NCBI RefSeq assembly: GCF_031769215.1
Contig: NW_026782224.1
Coordinates: 620,001 to 684,000, forward strand
Direction of reading: 5' to 3'
Origin: Ylistrum balloti
Taxonomy: Eukaryota
DNA length: 64,000 nucleotides
Shown: in pieces, positions 26,486-36,813 of the stretch
How the letters are laid out: each line of letters opens with the position of its first letter
Numbering within the stretch: the stretch's first letter is position 1
Position numbers and translations under genes: made by a program
Notes under the pieces: model-generated
The model's input: only the letters and a program-made list of their open reading frames with translations
What the model was told of the DNA's origin: nothing
Database searches by the model: none

Positions 26486-29400
26486 ATTATAGCCCTTTCA
26501 ACATCAATAGAGCTAATTACAGCTTTCCGCAAAAATACCACTTTATATGACCGGTAGTTGAGAATATAATAAACAATTAGTCGAATCTATTGGATAACAA
26601 CGACATGGTTTTACACGAACATGATGACGTGTAATGGTTTATAACATTAGAGTTTAAAGATAAAACATTTCTAAATACCTACAAACTCACTCTATTTGTA
26701 GTATAATCTTAGAAATGGCCAATTTTAGAATTTCTAAACTATGTTTAAATGGAAAGTATTATCGGAAGCAATTGGAAAATGGAGAGCAGTTGGTCATGTT
26801 GCAGCTTGTATTCTGAGTTGAAATGATGTGTATACTGATTACAGATAAAGAACTCAGATACTCTAAAAGTGTAGGGAGTCGAATGAAAGTTTTGGCTGAT
26901 TAAAAAACATTCAAGCGTATCTATTCATGTCATATTCATTTATCGATATATTGATTGATTTTTTTTTATATTTGAATTATTCTGTTGGTTGGTCAATCGA
27001 AAACAACAGGAATATACCGACATGTTAATATAGTCATAATCTAAGATCATGTAGAAAGATGATAAGATAAGGTTTACCGTTATCTGTTTCACTGACGGTA
27101 CCTGTCGTGTAAATCATGGTCAATCTTAGAAGTGATATCACGGCCTACCTAGACATACTAAGAGGCACCTAGCACATCTACCTTCATATTACATTGATAT
27201 TAACACGATGTGACTTATTTCTCATCGGCAACATTCTTACTTTTTAATCTACCTTCAACAACAGAGTGAACCACTTTAAGCCGTTTTAATTAATTGGCTG
27301 GTGTTTCCAGCAGCCAGGTTACAAAGATTTCTACTTCGAACAATCGATTGCCTTGGACTGGTTTCCCATGCAATTCGCTCGTTCACAAATATCGTTTGAT
27401 ACCAGCACAGCGTTAATCATTTTCGGCCAATGAACCAAAATATCCCATCGGGAAAAGTCATATTTGAGAAAAAGATAAATATTTTCAAGATATTCCCTTT
27501 ATCGGTATAACTGTAACAACATTGAACACATCTGTCTTTATATTACACAATGAAATACATTGCTTCTCAATGAAATGATGATGACGACCCTACGGAATTA
27601 ACCTTATATCTATCCATCTCTACGAGGAGTTTAAACAATTTATCAAAGAGCTAATATTTAACTATCAGCCAGTCCAGTAAATTAAATTGTCATTACGACG
27701 ACCATGCAATATCCATGCAAAGAAACTTTCTTTGAACATCAGGAAAGCCGACTTTCATAGGTCACAGCTTGGAGCCTTAAACTAGGACATGACTGGTAGA
27801 AAGTCTCCGAGACTGTTATACAGGGACGCAAACACATACTCTTTTGCTATCGATTTTTGGTTTTCAACATAAAATTCACCTCTGCCACTAATTAGACTGA
27901 AGGATTAGGTCTCCGATGGGAGTTTATGTTGTAGTGCCTAAATTTTGTTTGTTGAAGTCAAGGTTACTAAATTTATAGTGAAAAGCACTAAATGTAAATC
28001 ATCCCAATAATCTTGATCACCGTATCATAAATCAGTAATAGTCGCGCCTCGACAGTACTCGTCAAATAGTCACACTCTTTCTCAAAAGTTGTCATATTGT
28101 TCTAAAATGCTTTCAATCAGCTGTTATCTTCATCAAACCTCCAAACTGTTTTCCTTGTCAAACGACAAAACTGATCTCCTGTCTGCTCATTTGCCCCACA
28201 CTTGTCCTCTTGACAAATCCTCACACATATCTCCTCTCGATTGTCTCCGTCTTTTCCCCCTGCCAAACCTTTACACTGTTTCTAACCCTTAAACATATCA
28301 CGCTCCGTGGCCTTACACTTTTCTGCTTGTCACACTGGTACCCTTATTAAAACATCACTTGCTTAACCCTGGAATATACTCCGTCGCATGTCCTCGTACT
28401 TCTCTCTTTGTCAAACCAGTACTTTGTACATGTATCTTCTCTCCATACCTTCCGTTTTCCTTATAACCCTGGCATTTGCCTCAAAGCCTCAACACACATT
28501 GTCTCTCTTATCAATACCCTGACATTGTTCTCCTTTCCGAACCCTGACACTTTTCGCCTTGTCCAAAACTCAATACATATCTCTTCTCTCCTTACCCTCA
28601 CACTGATCTCGCTAAGCCATGCCATTTTCTCCTTGTCTAAATCTCAACACATCTCTTCTTTTCTTCTCCCCTCTCCATACCCTTCCTCTCTTCTCCAAAC
28701 CCTGACTCTTTTCTCATAGTCCTCAACACATTCCATCTCCTATACACACTCTTTACGCTAATCTATGTGCTTAGCCAGGACATGTTTCTCCTTGTCCAAA
28801 AATCAACACATATTACCTCTCCACACCCTTACACTTTCTTCATTGTCAAACCTTATTACCATGTCTCTGATTAAATCATTGATACCAGGAGTGCAATCTT
28901 GGATGACTGTTTTATTGGTGAAAACAAACCCTATACACAATTATACGTTTTTGTTGCTGATACAGGAAAAGATGTTACATCTGAAAATGTCAAAATGTTA
29001 TCAAAAAAAAAAAGTAGAAAGCTCTAGGCTTTGTTTTTCCGAAAGGTTACAATCTACAATATCAGAATGTCTGTATCCAAGAGGACAGTTTGTTACATAG
29101 GACAACAGCACTGTAAGAAGTTTGCCTCAAGGATCATGCTAGTCTCGCCGATTGGTCTGCAATACTTTCTATCTAGGGGTTTGTGGCTGTTGGTTATGAA
29201 CACAGACCGAATGATGACGCCTGGATTATATGCTATCTTTAGGAACAGAAGTTTCAAATAATGCATGACAACGCTTGTACTAAGACTGTCGGGTTAAGAT
29301 AATTGTCAATTTTAACTATTAAAAAGACCAATCATGTTAGGCCGGAAGTTCATGCTCTTGAAATACAATTATAGCTTGTACAAATTTGTATTTTTTTTCT

Positions 29401-30014
29401 TTCTATTAATCATTGAGTCCGTGCAAAAACAAATGTACATTTACGTAAACCATGAAAGAAGCTGTTTACTGTGATTTATTTACAAATTTATATATTGGAT
29501 TATAAACAGATATCGTTGGAACAAGGAGCATATACATGTAGATAAAGACAAAAGGCACGATCATGACATATTCAATATAGAATTTGATTCAAGAGAGGAA
29601 AATGATGTAGTCGTAGTCAGTGATACAGTGGGCCGCATCTACTGAAGACAAAGTCAGTCTAGAGATCGCACAAAAGACACAAAAATGAATAAGTTCTTTC
29701 AGACGTCAAATTTTTTATCATCAATAATTATCAATACATTTAATCAAAGTTGTGGATTATGAGAGACAAGCAACGTTACCGAAAATGTGCCGAAAACGAC
29801 GGAAAGTCAGTTATTACTATCTAAATAAGAAACAAAAAAACATATAGTAAATGTGTTTCTGAAATAGTGTGCGTTAAATAAACAACCTTTACATGTCATC
29901 AAGACACTCAAGACCTGAGAACTCATTAGCATATATCGCAATCAAAACCGATGTTAATAACCAACTTGAACATCGGGACAATCATATTCTCGGATGTTCT
30001 TATTTCCTAGCGTA

Positions 30015-31388
30015 GACTGTGAACAAGGAGACAGTGTTATCCTCGGTTATCCCTGGTGATGTATTACGTAGTGTTAACTGTGAACAAGGGGACAGTGTCA
30101 TCCTCGATTATCCCTGGTGATATATTACGTAGTGTTGGCTGTGAACAAGGAGACAGTGTGATCCTCGGCGATGTATAACGTAGTGCTGACTGTGAACAAG
30201 GAGACAGTGTCATCCTCGATTATCCCTGGTGATATATTACGTAGTGTTGGCTGTGAACAAGGAGACAGTGTGATCCTCGGCGATATATAACGTAGTTTTG
30301 ACTGTGAACAAGGAGACAGCGTCATCCTCGATTATCCTCGACGATATATTACCTAGCGTTGGCTGTGAACAAGGAGACAGTGTGATCCTCGGTGATATAT
30401 AACGTAGTTTTGACTGTGAACAAGGAGACAGTGTCATCCTCGATTATCCCTGACGATATATAACATAGTTTTGACTGTGAACAAGGAGACAGTGTCATCC
30501 TCGATTATCCCTGGTGATATATTACGTGGTGTTGGCTGTGAACAAGGAGACAGTGTGATCCTCGGCGATATATAACGTAGTTTTGACTGTGAACAAGGGG
30601 ACAGTGTCATCCTCGATTATCCCTGACGATATATAACGTGGTGTTGGCTGTGAACAAGGAGACAGTGTGATCCTCGGCGATATATAACGTAGTTTTGACT
30701 GTGAACAAGGAGACAGTGTCATCCTCGATTATCCCTGACGATATATAACGTGGTGTTGGCTGTGAACAAGGAGACAGTGTGATCCTCGGCGATATATAAC
30801 GTAGTGTTGGCTGTGAACAAGGAGACAGTGTCATCCTCGATTATCCCTGACGATATATAACATAGTGTTGGCTGTGAACAAGGAGACAGTGTCATCCTCG
30901 ATTATTCCTGGTGATATATTACGTAGTGTTGGCTATGAACAAGGAGACAGTGTCATCCTCGATTATCCATGGTGATATATAACGTAGTGTTGGCTGTGAA
31001 CAAGGAGACAGTGTCATCCTCGATTATCCTCGGCGATGTATAACGTAGTGTTGGCTGTGAACAAGGAGACAGTGTCATCCTCGATTATTCCTGGTGATAT
31101 ATAACGTAGTGTTGACTGTGAACAAGGAGACAGTGTCATCCTCGATTATCCATGGTGATATATAACGTAGTGTTGGCTGTGAACAAGGAGACAGTGTCAT
31201 CCTCGATTATCCATGGTGATATATTACGTAGTGTTGACTGTGAACAAGGAGACAGTGTCATCCTCGATTATTCCTGGTGATATATTACGTAGTGTTGACT
31301 GTGAACAAGGAGACAGTGTCATCCTCGATTATCCCCGGCGATATATTACGTAGTGTTGGCTGTGAACAAGGAGACAGTGTCATCCTCG
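30015..31388. repeat. 61/51-bp minisatellite with a 112-bp higher-order repeat in its left half
   Basis: GAACAAGG at 30021, 30082, 30143 and 30194; long (61) and short (51) units alternate on the left, long units only on the right. Confidence 0.96.
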
Positions 31389-31816
31389 GTAATTTCTGTT
31401 TTGTAGTCTTGACGTAACTTGTAATTGGATTTCTTATTAAGATCGTATATAAATCGCAAATCTCTGAAATAGACCACAATTCAATAAGTGTGTTACTTGT
31501 AACGAAAACGACCCTTATTCAGATTCAAATACATTTGCAAACAAACACAACTTACGGATAAATAAAGAATAAATAGGGTAGATTGTATCACTAACCAGGG
31601 CCGTCATCTTGTTGCATTGTATGTAGACTGTTTTCAATTGATCCTCTACAAAACGTGACAATGTCACTCAGAGGAATGATTATCGATAGATATGTGTGGG
31701 GTTGGTATGAAATTGTGGCGAAAAGCTTTCTCTATATAGATCATTTAAAGTTGTTTTGGTCAGAAAATTTCACTAGCATATTTATAAGGTATAACCGGTT
31801 TCTATCTGTTTGGTCG

Positions 31817-32220
31817 TCCTCGATACTCCAGGGGTAACAGTCACTTTCGCTCTCCGCACCCCTGGAACCATCCTCGACACTCCAGGGGTTACAGTCACTT
31901 TCGCTCTCCGCGCCCCTGGAACCATCCTCGATACTCCAGGGGTTACTGTCACTTTCGCTCTCCGCGCCCCTGGAACCATCCTCGACACTCCAGGGGTTAG
32001 TCACTTTCGCTCTCCGCACCCCTGGAACCATCCTCGACACTCCAGGGGTTACAGTCACTTTCGCTCTCCGCACCCCTGGAACCATCCTCGACACTCCAGG
32101 GGTTACAGTCACTTTCGCTCTCCGCACCCCTGGAACCATCACCGATACTCCAGAGTTACGATCACTTTCGCTCTCCGCACCCCTGGAACCATCCTCGACA
32201 CTCCTCGACACCCCTGGAAC
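31817..32220. repeat. 54-bp GC-rich minisatellite with internal inverted repeat, ~7 copies
   Basis: Unit CCTCGATACTCCAGGGGTTACAGTCACTTTCGCTCTCCGCACCCCTGGAACCAT; TCCAGGGGT pairs with ACCCCTGGA. Confidence 0.96.
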
Positions 32221-32746
32221 ATGTCATGGAAAAATTGGAAGTGTGCAATACCTTGTGGACAAAATGAAAAGACTAGTTTGATCATGTGATGTTTATTATT
32301 GTGTAATCTTCAAAAGGAGCATATCACCATGTGATTGGTCAGTTTTTTTCTCCTTGAACCAATGAAGTTACTTCGCTCCTGCCTTCAACTTTGTCATGAC
32401 AAATCTCAGGGATGCAGGATGCGAAAGTGATAATAGCCATTAGAGTATAGAAAATGCGGTTTGATGAGAGACACGAAATGAGTCTAGTACCATCAAGAGC
32501 TCTTTGGTAGTAACTGCAACCCCGTCTAGTAAAATCCAGGGGGCTTGAAAACACTCTCCAGATCCTAAAATGAGAAAAAAACCTACTGCAACATATTTGA
32601 GAAGTCGTTATGAAGTGACACATGTTGTGTTCGTTCAACATGTCGTTACGATATTAGTATTACATGGGGTGGGGTTACCACATCACACTGCCTACACAGA
32701 TCTAAATAATTGGTCTCATTCTCAATAAATAAGGGCTAAAGAGATT

Positions 32747-33195
32747 CTAGCCCTGGTTGTTCAAAGGCTGGTTTGGGATAACAAGTGGTTGTTCAAAGGC
32801 TGGTTTGGGATAACAAGTGGTTATTGAAAAGGCTGGTTTAGTATAACCAGTGTTTAGTGAAAAGGCTGGTTTAGTATAACCAGTGTTTAGTGAAAAGGCT
32901 GGTTTAGGATAACCAGTGTTTAGTGAAAAGGCTGGTTTAGTATAACCAGTGGTTAATGAAACAGCTGGTTTAGTTTAACCAGTGGTTAGCGTAAAGGCTG
33001 GTTTAGTTTAACCAGTGGTTAGCGAAAAGGCTGGTTTAGTATAACCAGTGGTTAGCGAAAAGGCTGGTTTAGTTTAACCAGTGGTTAGCGAAAAGGCTGG
33101 TTTAGTTTAACCAGTGGTTAGCGTAAAGGCTGGTTTAGGATAACAAGTGGTTAGTGAAACAGCTGGTTTAGGTTAACCAATGGTTAGTGAAACCC
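32747..33195 (+). repeat. 33-bp minisatellite starting at a MITE-like terminal inverted repeat
   Basis: CTAGCCCTGGTTGTTCAAAG at 32747 resembles the termini of the MITE at 44909-45158; it is followed by ~12 units of AAAGGCTGGTTTAGTATAACCAGTGTTTAGTGA. Confidence 0.88.
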
Positions 33196-34014
33196 TGAAG
33201 CAAACAAATTTTCATTAGACTGTCTTTATCATTTCACAGTTGCAGATTTGTCAGGTCAGATTGATATATATCTAGTCATACTTTTTCGCTCTTGTTTTTC
33301 AGTAGTAATATTTTTTTTCATTAACCACTGGTTAACTTAATATGAGGTACCAGGCCTTGCAGGTTAACCATCCGGGTCAGCAACTCTGCCAGATATTTCC
33401 TTCCACCTAGGTTTTGCCAACTCTCGCCGAAAATAATCCCCGGAAAATAACGATATAGTTAACCCACACCACGGAAGTATTGTAACATAATACTGAAATA
33501 TTTAATACGTTTATAAATACTTATGGTAGAAATTGATACATAGTCTCCTTCAGTTGTCACAATTCAAAAAATCTGGGACAATGCAGTCAGCAACAGCCAC
33601 GACTTTCCGTCTAATATCATACATGTCATTTCAGTATATCACTTATCGATGTCTGCAATACATCTAAGCGTCTGACTATTAAGGTGCACCTTTTATGTTC
33701 CAGTTCGAAAATTACGTGTAATTATCGAAGCTAGTTACAATTTTGTAGGAAATTAATATATTCATATTGTTAGCTGTCTATCTTCATCGACAGTAACGAG
33801 GTCTCTTACTGAGCGTGTTCACATTTCGTCCAGAGTTTGCCGGGGTACATTAAAGCTGTCGCTACTTGTACAGACTCTAACAGACGCACATTAATGTCGC
33901 TCCTAGAGAGTGGTGTCTGTAACACACCACGCTCCGTAGATCACCATAAAAACTCTAAATTATACTTACATAGGTAGATGATGATATATATCATATCGTG
34001 ATGAAACAATCCAG

Positions 34015-34289
34015 CTTGGTCCGTATTCATGAAACCATTCTCATGCCCATGCATAGATTTTGTGCTCAAGCAAACTTTTTTTTAATAATTCGCTTAAATA
34101 ATATGAAATAATACATATATTAAATATAAACATTGAATATAACTTTGATTTGAAGTCCTTTCAATTTTTTTTTTTAAATCTTTGGCAAAAATCAGCCTTA
34201 TCTATAATGTTTTAAATTAACCAAGACATAAGGCTTGAGCACAAAATTCATGCTTGAGCATGAGAACGGTTTCATGAAAACGGTCCCAG
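34015..34289. mobile_element. MITE of ~275 bp with ~57-bp imperfect TIRs (PIF/Harbinger-like by terminal sequence)
   Basis: Left CTTGGTCCGTATTCATGAAACCATTCTCATGCCCATGCATAGATTTTGTGCTCAAGC; reverse complement of the right end CTGGGACCGTTTTCATGAAACCGTTCTCATGCTCAAGCATGAATTTTGTGCTCAAGC. AT-rich core; TSD not resolved. Confidence 0.85.
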
Positions 34290-34650
34290 GTAGGATTTGG
34301 AAGACACGTTTGGTGTTATTGGAATGGAGGCTTGGTGAGGATATTTAGGCACCAAATTATCATAACAAGACGCTCTTTAAAATATACCTTTATACAAGCA
34401 ATGAGCCATCAGTGTCCATTTTTTAGAATCAACTTATGAACATAACACTGCCCGAATTTTTTAAAAATCCTAATCATATTGATCGGGAGCGCCTAAAATA
34501 TTAAAATCTTATTGATTTAGTAATTAAATGTACATCCCAATCAGCATTTGCAATTGTATAATTAAGCTTCAAGGGGAAAAGGACGAGCTCTATTTACCAT
34601 GTTGTTTTAAAGGTCATTAGGTCATCTCGTGTAATCCAATTAAATAAGAT

Positions 34651-34730
34651 ACAGTAAACCTCGGATAAGTCGAAGTCGATGGGACCAAGTAATATATTCG
34701 ACTTATCCGATGGTTCGACTCAACCGTGGT
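34651..34730 (+). mobile_element. One end of a Tc1/pogo-type MITE
   Basis: TA followed by CAGTAAACCTCGGATAAGTCGAA, with an internal inverted copy TTCGACTTATCCGA; no partner terminus found. Confidence 0.5.
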
Positions 34731-35325
34731 TTTGTCTATCGCCTGTAATAATAATAAGATGTATGTGGATGTCAGTACTTAGTTACAATTGAAACGTGAT
34801 ATAAGATGTGACATCTTTTATATCAGTTCCTTTATCTATATCCAACCCTGGTCCCTGAACTTCAGAATATCACAAGAAAGTGATGAACTTACATATGTAG
34901 TTAGTTTCTATCTAATCTAAGAGAACTCCTTAACACACTCGCAGAATATGATTCTAAATTTTATAATTTACATGCCAATTCCAATTACTTAATTTCCACC
35001 TGAATTTACAGGTATAAAGATCTTATCCTCCTTCTGTGTGATGCGCCGGTGATTGATTAACTCCCACAGGTGAATTACATTGAGATACATATCGGAACAT
35101 TTGTTTTTCAAGTATGTTTACTTTTCACTGCACGTATGAACTATTTTGTGTTTGATATCTTCATGGTATGCTAGTTGAGACTCATGCTCCATTAATTTCC
35201 TGATATATTTATTTATTCATTTATCTAATCATGGGGATGCTGAACATCCCAAACTAGATTTTTACTCTTCTTCCGATTACATTGGACTTTCCTTTGTCTC
35301 CTGGGCTTCAAACTTGCGGCCCCTA

Positions 35326-35368
35326 GCATCACGGATGATCCCTTTGATGACGAAACAGTTGTAGATGC
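35326..35368 (+). ncRNA. Degenerate minimal type I hammerhead ribozyme relic (probably inactive)
   Basis: GCATCA-CGGATGA-TCCCTTTGATGAC-GAAA-CAGTT-GTA-GATGC: stem I GCATC/GATGC, core CUGAUGA mutated to CGGAUGA, GAAA, near-palindromic stem III and a GUA cleavage triplet. Confidence 0.45.
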
Positions 35369-35883
35369 AGTTAAATTCATCGTTTAGCCCTGCTTTATTT
35401 AGCTCTAAATTATCAAAAGGTGCTATTCACTTGTGTGTCTTTAGGACAATCTTTAATCAATAACATAATAGGTGTTCAGAATGTCACGTCGTGTTGATTT
35501 AACAAGATATTGTACAATACATCTTAATAAAACCCCAATTTCTTAATAGAATCCAGTATCAAACTCGGAAAAACGATAGGGAACGTTAAACAAGTTGACT
35601 TTGTTTTATTCGCAGAAGAGACGTGTCTTACAACGTGATACCCCATGTCTACCACGTCTTTTAATCAGAGTAATGAACATTAATTCCCTCGGGAACATTT
35701 TGTAACATTACAAAATGTCGATATGGTCCGGATGATGTACGAGGCTAACATTAAACCTTGCACCGCCTTCATTATTTCTCGTCCCTTGACGTTCTGTGTG
35801 GGATGATTTTTTTCCATCAACATGAAATATCGCAATAAATGACAACCCTATATCCGGCAAGCAGGATAGATACTATCAAGAAA

Positions 35884-36092
35884 GGGTGGTCTGGTGGCGC
35901 AGTGGTAACGCACTCGCCTTTCATCTAGCCGTCCGGGGTTCGACTCCTGGAACAAACGTGAAAAGGTTAGGGGTCACATGCCCGACCGCGTAGGTTTTTC
36001 CCGGTTACTCCGGTTTCATACCACAATAAGACCCATCGCGCGCTTACATCCGGACAGTTGTTGTAAAATAAGTAAAGTTTATAGTTTATAGT
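35884..36092 (+). mobile_element. tRNA-derived SINE, near full length
   Basis: Pol III A box TGGCGCAGTGG (35895-35905) and B box GGTTCGACTCC (35937-35947), central GGTTTTTCCCGGTTACTCCGGTTTC motif (V-SINE-like by recollection) and a TTTATAG-repeat tail. No tRNA acceptor stem or anticodon arm. Confidence 0.88.
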
Positions 36093-36666
36093 AGGAAAGG
36101 GATCTTTCAGGACCATTGTTGTAATCGCCATCTTAGTAATCAGGCAGACTGTATGAAAAGTTTAAATGATTACTTCAACTTCTGGATCAAGTCACGCAGG
36201 ACAATGATTTGAGTGTCAAATTTTGATCTTCATAGCGTACACTTGTGTTCCAGTTTAAAACTCCCTAACCTCTACTTGAGAAAGGAAAGTAAGAAATAAT
36301 TTTTTTCCTGTCACATTTTTAAAATGTTCAGATATAGAAAACGTGAATATTAACAACTCAGTGAGATTGGCCTTCGTGTTTACCTCGTTACTTTACATTG
36401 AACTGACCCATCAGATATGTTCCGAAGGTGTTTTATCTCGTTACTTTACATTGAACTGACCCATCAGATATATTCCGAATGTAATAATTTAGGTTCGTTG
36501 ATAATGGCACGTCTCGTTCCTCTGTTGATGAGAGGTATTCCGAAAACGATGACAAGTTATCAATGATTTTTGTGTGAACAGAAAGAATCCTGATCGACAT
36601 TTTTATTACAACATGCTGTCAGTATATATGTCGAGTTGAGCCTTTCCATGTCATCACCCATCTTAC

Positions 36667-36813
36667 TTGATTAAGCCTTGGCAAAGTTTGTGAAAATCTC
36701 TCATTTTTTGATAAATTGATATCGGTTCGCAAATCATTTCCTATCATACTTGGTCGTTGTGGTGCGAGTGGATGATGTATCTCAAGCTCAGATCTTGAAG
36801 TGTTTGTTTGTGC
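36667..36813 (-). CDS. Candidate internal coding exon of an unidentified minus-strand gene (147 nt, phase 0-0)
   Basis: TTTATTTACAG acceptor and CAA|GTAAGA donor flank 49 open codons: AQTNTSRSELEIHHPLAPQRPSMIGNDLRTDINLSKNERFSQTLPRLNQ. No recognisable domain. Confidence 0.3.

Noticed and set aside
35884-35960. tRNA gene
   Set aside because: A and B boxes are present but no cloverleaf closes; it continues into a SINE body and tail, and a second decayed copy lies at 41747.
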